Numbered from the whole stretch's first letter, positions 49,137 through 60,474 are shown. The stretch is DNA of 62,939 nt, filler included, from 6 parts of 6 records of this genome joined end to end with filler, not necessarily neighbours in it, one strand, 5' to 3'. The notes: generated by a model from the sequence alone, not told the origin. Program-made: numbers and translations.

Positions 49137-51272
49137 TTAGCTTAGTTGTGCCTTCAGCTCCAACCGACGGGCATGCAGAACCGGTTCGGTATAGCCCGAC
49201 GGCTGAACGCGCCCTTTGAACACCAGATCACAAGCAGCCTGAAAAGCAACACCGTCAAAACCTGGGGCCATCGCCGAATACAGCGGGTCGCTGGCATTTT
49301 GCCGATCAACCACAGCAGCCATCTTTTTCATTGCGGTCATCACTTGATCTTCGTTCACAACGCCGTGGTGCAACCAGTTCGCCAACGCCTGAGAGGAAAT
49401 CCGGCAGGTCGCCCGGTCCTCCATTAGGCCCACGTCGTGAATATCCAAAACCTTGGAACAGCCAACCCCCTGATCGACCCACCGCACAACATATCCCAAG
49501 ATACCTTGCGCATTGTTTTCGATCTCTTGCGCGATTTCCGCATCGCTCAGATTGCGTCCGCCCAACAGGGGCACGGTCAGCAGATCCTCAAGCGTTCCAC
49601 GTGGACCGCCCGCAGCAATCTCATCTTGGCGCGCCAAGACGTCAACCTTGTGATAGTGGGTCGCGTGCAGCGTCGCGGCTGTCGGGGATGGCACCCACGC
49701 ACAGTTCGCGCCTGATTTCGGATGGCCGATTTTGGCTTCCAGCATCTCGCCCATTCGATCCGGCATGGCCCACATGCCCTTGCCGATCTGCGCTTTGCCG
49801 CGCAACCCGCAGGCCAGACCGATATCAACGTTGCGATCCTCATAGGACAGAATCCAAGGCGTGGTCTTGATGTCGCCCTTAGGCAGCATAGGGCCTGCCT
49901 CCATAGCGGTGTGAATCTCATCACCAGTACGATCCAAAAACCCGGTGTTGATAAAGGCCACGCGCGACTTTGCAGCACGGATGCATTCCTTGAGATTGGC
50001 ACTCGTGCGCCGCTCTTCATCCATGATGCCCAATTTCACAGTGTTCTGTGGCAGGCCCAAAATCTCTTCGACCATCGAAAATATTTCATCGGCAAAGGCG
50101 ACCTCGGCAGGCCCGTGCATCTTGGGTTTCACAACATAAACCGATCCGTGAACGGAGTTTCCACCATCCCTCTGCAGGTCATGCATCGCGATCATCGTTG
50201 TACACAGCGCATCCATCAGCCCTTCGCCGATTTCATCACCGTTACCGTCCAACACAGCCGGGTTGGTCATCAAATGCCCAACATTGCGGATCAACATCAG
50301 TGATCGCCCCTTAAGGGAGCCAGCTGAACCGTCGGCAGCGGTAAAGCTCAGATCCTCGGCCAGTGTGCGCGTAAAGTTCTGCCCGCCTTTGGTCACGTCT
50401 TCGCTTAAATCGCCTTTCATCAGACCCAGCCAATTGCTGTAGGCCACGATTTTGTCTTCGGCATCCACACAGGCGACCGAGTCTTCGCAATCCATGATCG
50501 TCGACAATGCGGATTCCAAACGGACATCAGAAATACCCGCAGCATCAGTCGATCCAATCGTGCTGGCCGCGTCGATGATGATCTGAACATGCAAGCCATT
50601 GTTTTTCAGCACGACAAAGTCTGGAACGTCTGACGCACCCCCAAATCCAACGAATTGTGCCGGATCGCCCAGCGCGGGAACCAAAGCGCCGTTGTCGACG
50701 CGGACACTTTGAACATCAGCCCAAGATCCACTGGCCAGCGGCGTGGCATCATCCAGAAATGATTTGGCCGATGCAATGACACGATCGCCGCGCGCGGCGT
50801 CATAGCCGCCCGCTTGTGGCAGATCCCCCATCGCATCGGTGCCATACAGCGCATCATACAAGCTGCCCCAACGCGCATTCGCGGCGTTCAGAGCAAAGCG
50901 CGCGTTTGTAATCGGCACAACCAGTTGTGCGCCGGGGGTCAGGGCGATTTCAGGATCCACATTCGCGGTATCAATCGCAAACTCTGCGCCTTCTTCGACC
51001 AGATAGCCAATCTCTTTCAAAAAGGATTGTTGTGCCTCAAATCCGGGCAAGTCCTTGCGGGACGCAGTGTACCACGCATCAATCTTACCTTGGATCTCGC
51101 TGCGCTCAGCTAGCAAAGCACGGTTCTTGGGGCCCAATTCTGCGACCATTCGGGCCAAACCAGCCCAAAAATCAGAAGCTGCGACACCGGTGCCCGGCAA
51201 GGCGCGGGAGTCGATGAACTCCACCAATTCAGCCGCGACCTGCAAACCGTTCAAATTCAGTCTCTCGCCCAT
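49137..51272 (-). CDS. glcB: Malate synthase G
   Basis: [61 protein letters not shown]. Confidence 0.97.
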   Translation of the reverse strand: MGERLNLNGLQVAAELVEFIDSRALPGTGVAASDFWAGLARMVAELGPKNRALLAERSEIQGKIDAWYTASRKDLPGFEAQQSFLKEIGYLVEEGAEFAIDTANVDPEIALTPGAQLVVPITNARFALNAANARWGSLYDALYGTDAMGDLPQAGGYDAARGDRVIASAKSFLDDATPLASGSWADVQSVRVDNGALVPALGDPAQFVGFGGASDVPDFVVLKNNGLHVQIIIDAASTIGSTDAAGISDVRLESALSTIMDCEDSVACVDAEDKIVAYSNWLGLMKGDLSEDVTKGGQNFTRTLAEDLSFTAADGSAGSLKGRSLMLIRNVGHLMTNPAVLDGNGDEIGEGLMDALCTTMIAMHDLQRDGGNSVHGSVYVVKPKMHGPAEVAFADEIFSMVEEILGLPQNTVKLGIMDEERRTSANLKECIRAAKSRVAFINTGFLDRTGDEIHTAMEAGPMLPKGDIKTTPWILSYEDRNVDIGLACGLRGKAQIGKGMWAMPDRMGEMLEAKIGHPKSGANCAWVPSPTAATLHATHYHKVDVLARQDEIAAGGPRGTLEDLLTVPLLGGRNLSDAEIAQEIENNAQGILGYVVRWVDQGVGCSKVLDIHDVGLMEDRATCRISSQALANWLHHGVVNEDQVMTAMKKMAAVVDRQNASDPLYSAMAPGFDGVAFQAACDLVFKGRVQPSGYTEPVLHARRLELKAQLS

Positions 51273-51495
51273 CTAAATCTCTCCCTCTGATCCGTGCTAT
51301 TCTGGTTTCCCGAAGTTGAATAGAACAAAAGTTTCCGATAGGCAACTTTTTGGTAAAACGAATTTACCAATTTCACAGATGACTGTTTCAAGAAAATCTG
51401 GGTAATGCGCACTGGCCCGCGCCCTGCACGTGCTTGCAGGCCCTGCACTGGTCCCCTAACGTCGCCGCAACATTCCATCGGTTTCAGAGGCCCCC

Positions 51496-54048
51496 ATGAG
51501 CGACGCTGCCCCCACCACGATCTACCTCAAGGATTACACCCCATTCGGTTATGTCGTGGACAGCGTCCATCTGACATTTGATCTGAACCCCCATTCAACA
51601 CGCGTCACATCCCGGATTGCTTTCACACCAAACCCTGAAACCACTGATCGGTCGTTTTTCCTTCACGGTGAACAGCTCAAGCTTATCAGCGCCAAGATTG
51701 ACGGGATCGCCGTATCCCCAACAGTGACGGAACAGGGATTAACCTGTGATGTCCCTAACGCGCCCTTCACGTGGGAAGCCGTGGTTGAAATTGATCCGGC
51801 CAACAACACCGCCCTCGAAGGGCTATACATGTCGAACGGCATGTACTGCACCCAGTGCGAGGCCGAAGGGTTCCGCAAGATCACCTATTACCCCGACCGC
51901 CCTGATGTGATGTCGGTCTTTACCGTGCGCATCAATGGCCCGCATCCCGTTTTGCTATCGAACGGGAACCCCGTGGATGCCGGCCCTCACTGGGCTGAAT
52001 GGCACGATCCGTGGCCCAAACCCGCCTATCTGTTCGCACTTGTCGCGGGCGAACTGTTGGCCCATTCCAGCACCTTCACAACCGTTTCGGGCAAACATGT
52101 CGATCTCAATCTCTATGTCCGCCCCGGCGACGAAGGGAAATGCGCCTTTGGCATGGAAGCGTTGAAAAAGTCGATGACCTGGGATGAACAGGTCTATGGC
52201 AGGGAATACGATCTGGACGTGTTCAACATCGTCGCGGTGGATGATTTCAACATGGGCGCGATGGAGAACAAAGGGCTAAACGTCTTTAACTCCTCCTGTG
52301 TTCTCGCCTCGCCCGAAACATCTACCGATGACAATTTCGAACGGGTCGAAGCCATCATCGCCCACGAATATTTTCACAACTGGACCGGCAACCGCATCAC
52401 CTGTCGGGATTGGTTCCAGCTGTGCCTGAAAGAAGGGCTGACCGTTTTCCGTGACAGTCAGTTCACCTCTGATCTTCGCTCGGCTCCGGTCAAGCGCATC
52501 CGGGATGTGATTGACCTGCGTGGACGCCAGTTTGCCGAGGACAATGGCCCGCTATCCCACCCCGTGCGCCCCGAGAGCTTTCAAGAGATCAACAACTTTT
52601 ACACCGCCACGGTGTACGAAAAGGGCGCCGAGGTTATCGGCATGCTCAAACGGTTGGTGGGTGATGCCGACTATGCCAAAGCCGTGGACCTTTATTTTTC
52701 CCGCCATGACGGTCAGGCCTGCACGATCGAGGATTGGCTTAAGGTGTTTGAAGACACCACCGGACGTGATCTGTCTCAGTTCAAACGTTGGTACAGCCAA
52801 GCAGGTACACCGCGCGTCAAAGTGAGCGAAGACTGGGCCGATGGCACCTATACGCTGACCTTTGCTCAAAGCACGCCAGCCACCCCCGGCCAGCCGCACA
52901 AGGACCCACGGGTCATCCCAATTGCCGTGGGCTTGCTTGGCTCTAACGGTGACGAAGTCCGCAAAACCGAAATGCTGGAACTGACCGAAGCAAGTCAGAG
53001 CTTTTCCTTTGATGGATTATCCAGCCGACCCACGCCCTCCATTCTGCGCGAGTTCTCGGCCCCGGTGATCCTGGAGCGGGACAGCACAAACGCAGAGCGC
53101 GCATTCCTATTGGCACATGATACCGATCCCTTTAATCGCTGGGAGGCGGGCAACGCCTTAGCCAAAGACGCACGGCTGAACATGATCACCAAGGGGGCCG
53201 CACCCGACGCGGATTACCTGGATGCTTTGCAAAAGTTGGTGCGCGATGACGATCTAGATCCCGGTTTCCGCGCGTTGGTTTTACAGCCACCCAGCGCTTC
53301 AGACCTTGCCCAGACGCTGTTTGAAAGCGAACACACCCCCGACCCGCAAGCAATCTATGATGCGTCAGAAACTATGGCGCAAACATTGGCCCAAACATTG
53401 GCCGACAGCCTGCCGCGATTGTATGCGGCAACCACGGTCGAAGGACCCTATCAGCCAGATGCGGTTGGGGCGAGCAACCGTATGCTGAACTTCCGCATGT
53501 TGGCTCTGTTGTCCCGCTTGGATGGTGGCGATCAAGCCGCCCAACAATTCGCAAGCGCCGATAACATGACCCTGCAATATGCTGCGCTTGTCTGTTTGTT
53601 GTCCGTTGACAAAGGGGCCGCGCAAAATCAGGCGTTCTTTGACCAGTGGAAAGACGACCGTCTGGTCATGGACAAATGGTTTGCCGCGCAGGTCGCCTTT
53701 GCAACGCCTGAAAAGACCGCCGCTACTGCAGCCACCATGACACAGCATCCCCTGTTTGACATGAAGAACCCGAACCGGTTCCGCGCCGTCATGGGCGCGC
53801 TTGCGATGAACCATGCAGGGTTCCATCACATCAGCGGGGACGCCTATACCCTATTGGCGGACTGGTTGATCAAACTGGACCCCCTGAATCCCCAAACAAC
53901 GGCTCGCATGTGTTCCGCCTTCCAAACATGGAAACGCTATGACGCCAATCGTCAGGCTCTGATCAAGGCTCAGTTGGACCGGATCGCTGCGACACCCGAC
54001 CTGTCGCGCGACACCACTGAAATGATCACTCGCATCCGGGAGGCGTAA
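51496..54048 (+). CDS. pepN: Aminopeptidase N
   Basis: TQCEAEGFR, GAMENKG, HEYFHNWTGNR...LKEG, YEKGAEV, NPNRFRA. Confidence 0.97.
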   Translation: MSDAAPTTIYLKDYTPFGYVVDSVHLTFDLNPHSTRVTSRIAFTPNPETTDRSFFLHGEQLKLISAKIDGIAVSPTVTEQGLTCDVPNAPFTWEAVVEIDPANNTALEGLYMSNGMYCTQCEAEGFRKITYYPDRPDVMSVFTVRINGPHPVLLSNGNPVDAGPHWAEWHDPWPKPAYLFALVAGELLAHSSTFTTVSGKHVDLNLYVRPGDEGKCAFGMEALKKSMTWDEQVYGREYDLDVFNIVAVDDFNMGAMENKGLNVFNSSCVLASPETSTDDNFERVEAIIAHEYFHNWTGNRITCRDWFQLCLKEGLTVFRDSQFTSDLRSAPVKRIRDVIDLRGRQFAEDNGPLSHPVRPESFQEINNFYTATVYEKGAEVIGMLKRLVGDADYAKAVDLYFSRHDGQACTIEDWLKVFEDTTGRDLSQFKRWYSQAGTPRVKVSEDWADGTYTLTFAQSTPATPGQPHKDPRVIPIAVGLLGSNGDEVRKTEMLELTEASQSFSFDGLSSRPTPSILREFSAPVILERDSTNAERAFLLAHDTDPFNRWEAGNALAKDARLNMITKGAAPDADYLDALQKLVRDDDLDPGFRALVLQPPSASDLAQTLFESEHTPDPQAIYDASETMAQTLAQTLADSLPRLYAATTVEGPYQPDAVGASNRMLNFRMLALLSRLDGGDQAAQQFASADNMTLQYAALVCLLSVDKGAAQNQAFFDQWKDDRLVMDKWFAAQVAFATPEKTAATAATMTQHPLFDMKNPNRFRAVMGALAMNHAGFHHISGDAYTLLADWLIKLDPLNPQTTARMCSAFQTWKRYDANRQALIKAQLDRIAATPDLSRDTTEMITRIREA

Positions 54049-54052
54049 GAAC

Positions 54053-54793
54053 ATGCGCAAAACCCTACTCGTGACAGGGGCCAGCGCTGGTATCGGCGCG
54101 GCTACAGCCCGACTGGCCGCTGAAAACGGCTATGACATCGCCCTGAATTACCTAAGCGATCATGACGGCGCCAAAGCGACGGCCCAAGCCGCCCAAGACG
54201 CTGGGGCGCAGGTTGTGCTGTGTCAGGGGGATGTCGCCTGTCCCGAAGGGATTGCTCAGATCTTTACCCAAATTGATGCGCATTTCCCCAGCCTTGATGC
54301 GTTGGTGAACAATGCCGGTATTGTGGATGTGGCCGTGCCGGTTACGGAATTCACCCATGATCGACTGCGGCGGATGTTCGACATCAACGTCATTGGGGCG
54401 ATGCTGGTCGCCAAAGAAACGGTGCGGCGTATGTTGGCACACGGCCAAGGGGGGGTAATCGTCAATATATCCTCTGTCGCCGCGCGGCTTGGCTCGGCCA
54501 ATCAATATGTCGATTATGCCGCCAGCAAAGCCGCGATAGATGCGTTTACCAAAGGTCTAGCAGACGAAGTCGCATCCCAAAACATTCGGGTGAATGTAGT
54601 GCGTCCCGGCCTGATCGAAACCGAAATCCACGCCAAGGGCGGCCAACCGGGACGCGCAGAGCGTTTAGCGTCAAGCGTCCCAATGCAACGCACCGGGACC
54701 CCGCTCGAGATTGCCGAGGCCGCTCTCTACTTGCTGTCAGATCAGGCGTCTTACATTACTGGTACAACTTTGGATGTCTCGGGCGGCAGATGA
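54053..54793 (+). CDS. Short-chain dehydrogenase/reductase
   Basis: TGASAGIG, NNAG, YAASK. Confidence 0.93.
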   Translation: MRKTLLVTGASAGIGAATARLAAENGYDIALNYLSDHDGAKATAQAAQDAGAQVVLCQGDVACPEGIAQIFTQIDAHFPSLDALVNNAGIVDVAVPVTEFTHDRLRRMFDINVIGAMLVAKETVRRMLAHGQGGVIVNISSVAARLGSANQYVDYAASKAAIDAFTKGLADEVASQNIRVNVVRPGLIETEIHAKGGQPGRAERLASSVPMQRTGTPLEIAEAALYLLSDQASYITGTTLDVSGGR

Positions 54794-55221
54794 GCGATCC
54801 GTTCCATTTCACGCGCCACAATCGCAATCCCAGAACGGTCACAATACTGATCTGCGTCTATGCGGCCCTGATCGGGGCCGTGATCCTGATTGATGCGGCG
54901 TGGTGGTTGATGGCTATATTTAGCCTGCTCACGCTGCCGGCTGTTTGGGATCTTTATGCTGATACAAGCGCCGGGCTATCTATCACCAAACACAAGCTAG
55001 AGTGGTTTACCGGCAAACGGTCGGCAGATCTGGACCTCAATACAATCGATCATATGCGATTTGATACCCGGATGGACCTGTCCGTACGCGTGACCGCCGT
55101 TTTACACTCAGGGGAAAAGGTGCGCCTGCCTTACGAAGCCCTGCCCCCCCACCGCAGGCTAGAGACAGAGTTTCAGAACAGCGGTTTGCGCGTTATTCGG
55201 CACCATTTCACACTATTTTAA
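54790..55221 (+). CDS. Hypothetical membrane protein
   Basis: ATGA overlap with the SDR gene; two N-terminal TM helices. Confidence 0.7.
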   Translation: MSDPFHFTRHNRNPRTVTILICVYAALIGAVILIDAAWWLMAIFSLLTLPAVWDLYADTSAGLSITKHKLEWFTGKRSADLDLNTIDHMRFDTRMDLSVRVTAVLHSGEKVRLPYEALPPHRRLETEFQNSGLRVIRHHFTLF

Positions 55222-55357
55222 CGAATTGTTCACCGATCGGGCCTTGGGCCCAAGGTTTTCACAAAAGGTGCAGCGAAACACCTCAACTGGGCCATGATTG
55301 TGCCTCAAATCACCATCACATTCGTCAATGTAATAATTACTCCGCTGACTTGGATTT

Positions 55358-56632
55358 GTGATGTTTAACCGTTCTCGCCTGACACTTCGAAACCTACCGT
55401 CTCTGGTCTCTGTTTTTATGCCCAATCGATTTCGCGCCTCTCCTCAACTTGCACTCCCGCGTCCGAAACTTCTGCGTCCCGAAGAACACCTGAGTGTTCC
55501 CGTCATGGACCACACACAAGAAGAAGCCGCAGGCGCCGAGGCCCGGAACCGGGGGCAGTTTTTGGCCCGGCAAGACAGGTGGGAAGATCTTTCAAAAGAA
55601 CTGCGCGCCGCTGACAGAGCTCGCGCCACCACGCCCAGTGGTATGCCCATCGCCGAATTGCTAAGCTTTGGCGCACGGACGGATGTTGTCAGCGCCATGG
55701 AACACGCATTGTCAGATCGTGTGCCTACCGAAAAAGGGCCGATGGCCGATGGAATTTTAGGGTTCGAAGAAGTCCTGAACGAATTCCGACATGATCCGGC
55801 TATCGCTTTGGTCATGGCCCAAACCCATATCGATATTGCTTGGGCCTGGCGGGGGACGGGATGGGACACCATCGTGCCCCAACTGAACCGAGAACGCTGT
55901 GCCGCGCACTTTGATCGAGCCAAACAGATCTTGGATCCATTTTGCGGAATTGAGCTTGATAGCCCCGCATTAGCCGCCACCCGTTGTGCGCTTTTGGCTG
56001 GACGCCGCAACCCTGCAACCCGTGTTGCAGATGATTACGAAGACCTTATTGATCTGGCTCCGCACAATCATCGCCACATGCGCGCCTTGGGCAATCATCT
56101 GTTGCCCCGGTGGTTCGGCTCTTACGCTGAGTTGGAACTAGAGGCCCGTCGGACCGCCGCCCGAACCCAGGATATCTGGGGCGCTGGTGGCTACACTTGG
56201 GTGTGCTTTGACGCCATTGCCACGGATGAGGAAGCCTGTGCTCGGGTTGACGTCGATTTCTTTATCGACGGGCTGCGCGATATCCTGCAAGCCCGCCCCC
56301 AACAGGAAATGGTCAATTTGCTGGCTTCTTATTGTGCGGTAGCCTTGCGAAATGGGCAGGGTTTACACGAAGAAGCCGATTTGGCTCGGGGTCAGATTTG
56401 TGACGCCGCTGATTGGTTGATCCGGGACCATCTGACCGAAGTGCACCCTCTGATCTGGGCACATGCAACAGATGGCTTTGATAACAACGCTCCTGTCACA
56501 TCGCTCAGCCGGTTTGCCGCGCGCGGTCGTGCAGACGCCCTGCATGCGATTTCCTATCTATTTCGCGATGAAATCAACCGAGGTCAGCACATTACGTTCA
56601 CAGCCCAAGGCCCCCAGCTGCACCCCACCTGA
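55358..56632 (+). CDS. Conserved hypothetical helical protein (DUF4034-like)
   Basis: Long ORF with AWAWRGTG and LLPRWFGS motifs; start uncertain. Confidence 0.65.
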   Translation: MMFNRSRLTLRNLPSLVSVFMPNRFRASPQLALPRPKLLRPEEHLSVPVMDHTQEEAAGAEARNRGQFLARQDRWEDLSKELRAADRARATTPSGMPIAELLSFGARTDVVSAMEHALSDRVPTEKGPMADGILGFEEVLNEFRHDPAIALVMAQTHIDIAWAWRGTGWDTIVPQLNRERCAAHFDRAKQILDPFCGIELDSPALAATRCALLAGRRNPATRVADDYEDLIDLAPHNHRHMRALGNHLLPRWFGSYAELELEARRTAARTQDIWGAGGYTWVCFDAIATDEEACARVDVDFFIDGLRDILQARPQQEMVNLLASYCAVALRNGQGLHEEADLARGQICDAADWLIRDHLTEVHPLIWAHATDGFDNNAPVTSLSRFAARGRADALHAISYLFRDEINRGQHITFTAQGPQLHPT

Positions 56633-56750
56633 TGCCACTTGGCCTGTGCTGCGCTTCAAGATCCCCCGTGTCCGGGCGCATTGCCCTCTTGCCCCCTCTG
56701 CCGACCTCGCCTAGAACCCGAAGCGATATCCTGAGGACAAGAGGCAACCC

Positions 56751-56964
56751 ATGCTGGACCTGACCTACGAAACGCCAAAAATCAAAACCATTGCCGGAGC
56801 CAAGCACGATTGGGAACTGGTGATCGGTATGGAAGTGCACGCGCAGGTCAGCTCGAATGCGAAACTGTTTTCCGGGGCGTCCACGAAATTTGGTGCTGAG
56901 CCAAATTCGAATGTAGCGTTTGTGGATGCAGCCATGCCCGGCATGTTGCCCGTGATCAACGAAT
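56751..56964 (+). CDS. gatB: Asp/Glu-tRNA amidotransferase subunit B (5' fragment)
   Basis: [13 protein letters not shown]...KLFS...EPNSNV...MPGMLPVIN. Confidence 0.95.
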
Positions 56965-57064
56965 NNNNNNNNNNNNNNNNNNNNNNNNNNNNNNNNNNNN
57001 NNNNNNNNTTAATTAATTAANNNNNNNNNNNNNNNNNNNNNNNNNNNNNNNNNNNNNNNNNNNN
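56965..57064. other. Artificial contig linker
   Basis: 44 N + TTAATTAATTAA + 44 N. Confidence 0.98.
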
Positions 57065-58268
57065 CTGAACTAAAGTCGTCCACCTCCCGACCAAACACCC
57101 CTTTAGAACGATCAATGGCCTCCAGAAAATCAGAAGTTACTTCCTCAACATAGCCAATGTCCGACCTAAAAAATCCAATACTCCCCGCACTTTTACTCGC
57201 TGTTTGAATTTGTGCCAGCTCAATCGGACCGTATCTCTCATGAAAAATTGACACGGGATCATGCCCCCGAGCCTGCTTTAAGATATCGAGCAATATATTG
57301 AACCGAGTTGTGTCGGCCAACCTGGAGTCCGACTCAATCATCAGCAACAAAACATCCATAACGCCAGCCGTCGATCGCCCAGCTTCATCAGCTATATTGC
57401 AAACTCTGTATCCAGACACCATTCTCTTCAATGTCTGTGGGGGGAAGACCTTGGATATTCTGTGACCGGAATAGAAACCTATCACCCTACTTGGAATGAA
57501 ATTTCCACGCCATTCGTTTGACAGAGAGCCCAATGCCAGCTTCGCCGCGTGCCGCAAAGCCTGTGTTTTTCCTGAGCCATTCTTTCCGATCAAAACAGCA
57601 ATCCGCTGACCCAGTGCTTGAGTGGATCCAAATTGAAAATTGAAGCCGTACTCCCTCCCATCCGGCAACCTGAAATCGCATCTGAATTCCGGGCGCGCGG
57701 CATCTATAGAGGCTCGCTCGCTCCCCTTGAGTATTTCGACTCCATTATCCAAGAGAAATGACTGCTCAGTTCGTCTAATCAGGTTTCTTTCTATTCTCTT
57801 TCTTGTAGGGATATTTTTTATCTTTGGGCTATCAGGTCGATACTCTCTCATCGATATGATATCGTTGGCTGACAGCAGGGCCTCTATAGCCTGAAGACTC
57901 CCCAATTCACCGACAATATCGCGATAGTCCAGAGCCGACATTCCCATGGTGAAAAATGAAAATTTCAAATCATCCGATTCAGCATCAACAAGCACACTCC
58001 CCCTGGCACCTTTTAGGATCATCGCCCACGCTTCGGTATTGTCAATAAGTTCCGAATTTTTATCGCTTGATAAGAAACATAAACTTATTGGGCCACGTTT
58101 GTACCATCTGCCTCCGCGCATGCCATTTGGATACCAAAAGTACACCTGGCAGCTATCATCATGCGAACGTTCGATGACTGTCATTTTCGAACGACGGTGA
58201 TTTTCAGCTTCCACTTCAGTCAAGGATATTGGTCGTTCTCCTGAGTAATAATATATCAAACCTGCCAT
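57065..58268 (-). CDS. AAA/ABC-type ATPase with unknown N-terminal domain (3'-truncated)
   Basis: Walker A RIAVLIGKNGSGKT after about 220 aa of unassigned sequence; no TM segments; lower GC than the neighbouring mob gene. Confidence 0.7.
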
Positions 58269-58634
58269 TTATAAATTCCACGCCATTCATTTTTCATTTC
58301 GGCTCTTTTCAACGCAGGGATCCGAAGGCCTTGAGGGCTCTGCACTTTATGAAGCTTTACGTCTTTACATGACAACACTTATTATACATCACGTTTCGAT
58401 CCTCGATGCACATCTTGTTCTCAGCGTAGGCCTTTATGCCCTTCATCAGCGGCCCGTGATGCGGGGGGTGATTTGCGATGGAGTTCGGCTCCCGGTCCAT
58501 TCACACAGAGCTGGTTGCCATGCTCAGCTGGACGCGACAACTCTTGGTAAGGGCTGCCTATTGAGGTTCGCTGCACGCATCATGAGCGTCCTGTACGCTG
58601 AATCGCCTCAAATACTTCACCTTCGCCACACCAC

Positions 58635-60122
58635 TCAATCACGCTGCCCGGCCTTCCCCTTCTGTCCAACCCGCCGCCCTTGATCCAGGCGCACGAACCC
58701 AACGCTGACGCGGCGCGCGATGCGGTCGGCGAGTTCGCGGAACCCGCTCTGGCGCTCTATGAAAGCGGGCCTTTCGGCGACAGGCAGCGCGGCTCCGGTC
58801 TCCTGTAGCAGCTTGGCGGCCTCTGCGAGGCTCAGTTGCGCATCCTGGAAGGTTTCCCGGATCTCCACCTCGGCAGTCACGCGGGCGTCGCCTCGCATGC
58901 GCTTCCATCCGGCCCGCAGCCGGACGAGGAAGCCCATCACGGGCTCAGGGGCTTTCGCGGCCTTGACTTTCACCCGCGCGATGGTTTCCTTTGCGTCCGG
59001 CAGATCAGTGGGGCGGAGCATGTCCTCCATCGGAGCATCCAGATCGATGGCGCCTTCTGCGACGGCATCGGCCACGGCGACGATGGCATCGACCTCAACC
59101 TCGCGGGTCGCCACCGCCTCTTCCCGCGCGCTGACGTCCTTTGCCTGCTTCGCCAGTTGCGCCTCCCGGTCATCAAGTTCGACGCTGCGCGCATCGACTA
59201 CCTTGGCCGTCGCTTTCGTCTCGGCCGCCTGCGCGGCAAGGTTCAATGCGCGTGCCTCGAGTGCCCGTTCGCCAGCCTCCAGGGCCTGAGACCGCGCCGT
59301 CAGATCTGCATCCTTGGCCGCGGCCCCGGCTTCACGCTGATCCAGCTCCGCCTTGCGTTGCTCGATCTTCTTCTCCTGCTCCAGGCGCCACTTTCGGGTG
59401 CGGACATGTCGACGCTTCTCGGGCACCTCTTCGCCGTTTTCGCGGGCCTGACGACGTGCAGCCGCATCCCGAGCCCCGCGGACCAGACCGATCTGGCTGA
59501 ACCATTCGCCGACATCGTCCTGTGCCTTCTCGTAGTCCTTGATGAACGCGTATTTCGAGGGTTGCAGGGCCGTGAATTCTTCCCCGTACTTCTTGACCGT
59601 CACGCGGGTCACGATCACCGCGTGGATGTGGAAGGCATCCTCATCGCTGTCGGACCGGGCGTGCACCAGATCGTCGCCGAAGGTCTTGATGAGCCATTCC
59701 TTTACGTGGGCCTCGAACTGCCGTTGCCGCTTGTCATCGAAAAGGACGTCGGACGACTCGGTTTCAGCGAACCATTCCTTGTTCGCGGTCAGGATGACCT
59801 CTCGCATCGGACCATGCCGCGTCTTCCGCCAAGGATCTTTCGGCCCCTCGGCCAGTCGCCGCTTGAAGGTCTGCTGATCCTTTCGCCTTTCATGGTAATC
59901 AAGCTCGGCCGCGAAGGTCGTCACCCTCATTTCGTTGATCTCGTTCCTGATCTTGTTGGCCCAGTCCTTGGGGCCGATGATCGGGTCGGGCAGCTTGGTG
60001 CTTTTGAAGTGGATGTGTCCGAGGTCGCAGCCCTCTCGCTTGCGGTGGACCTCGTAGCCGGTGATGTCCGCGGGGAACATGCCCTCGAACCGCAGGACGA
60101 CCGGGTGCTTCTTTCTCGCCAT
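58635..60122 (-). CDS. Plasmid recombination/mobilisation relaxase (Mob/Pre, MOBV)
   Basis: EVHRKRE, MREVILTANKEWF, FGDDLVHARSDSDEDAFHIHAVI (HUH motif), GLVRG, long coiled coil. RBS GGAGG. Confidence 0.85.
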   Translation of the reverse strand: MARKKHPVVLRFEGMFPADITGYEVHRKREGCDLGHIHFKSTKLPDPIIGPKDWANKIRNEINEMRVTTFAAELDYHERRKDQQTFKRRLAEGPKDPWRKTRHGPMREVILTANKEWFAETESSDVLFDDKRQRQFEAHVKEWLIKTFGDDLVHARSDSDEDAFHIHAVIVTRVTVKKYGEEFTALQPSKYAFIKDYEKAQDDVGEWFSQIGLVRGARDAAARRQARENGEEVPEKRRHVRTRKWRLEQEKKIEQRKAELDQREAGAAAKDADLTARSQALEAGERALEARALNLAAQAAETKATAKVVDARSVELDDREAQLAKQAKDVSAREEAVATREVEVDAIVAVADAVAEGAIDLDAPMEDMLRPTDLPDAKETIARVKVKAAKAPEPVMGFLVRLRAGWKRMRGDARVTAEVEIRETFQDAQLSLAEAAKLLQETGAALPVAERPAFIERQSGFRELADRIARRVSVGFVRLDQGRRVGQKGKAGQRD

Positions 60123-60227
60123 GATGACCTCCTCGGCGGAGGAGCCATACGGGCCATTCGCTAACGGAGGGTTCAGCGTCTTGGGGCGCTTCGTGCTGAG
60201 GTGGGATTCAGGGGTGGGTGGGGGGAT

Positions 60228-60281
60228 TTACTCACTAAGCAGGACGAACTCAGGTGCCTGCGGCACCTGCATTCGTCCTGC
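60228..60281. other. Candidate MOBV origin of transfer (oriT)
   Basis: TACTCACTA core immediately followed by the hairpin GCAGGACGAA-ct-CAGGTGCC-tgc-GGCACCTG-ca-TTCGTCCTGC, about 110 nt upstream of mob. Confidence 0.6.
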
Positions 60282-60380
60282 CGCTCGCCCAGGGCGCTGC
60301 CCCGGGACCCCGCGCCTTCCGCGGGAGGCTTCCGCCGGATCAGGGTCATCGTTCCGCACTCCCCCTGAACCCCCTGCTTC

Positions 60381-60474
60381 CGGGGGAGGAGACTTCGCTC
60401 TCCTCCCCCGAACCCCCTCCATCGAGTGCTCCCCGCACGGGCCAGAGGGGGGCATTCGCCATGCCCCCCTCTGG
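60381..60474. repeat. Two perfect GC-rich hairpins (12 and 14 bp)
   Basis: CGGGGGAGGAGA/TCTCCTCCCCCG (60381-60410) and CCAGAGGGGGGCAT/ATGCCCCCCTCTGG (60442-60474). Confidence 0.8.

Noticed and set aside
49446-49448. GlcB motif reads CSKVLDI where I recall CSKVPDI
   Set aside because: A single substitution in an otherwise intact gene whose catalytic motifs are present; could be natural variation or a consensus error.
58369-58683. 104-aa ORF between the ATPase and mob
   Set aside because: No RBS or motif, and it overlaps the mob 3' end; probably non-coding.
58836-60164. 442-aa plus-strand ORF
   Set aside because: Antisense shadow of the mob gene.
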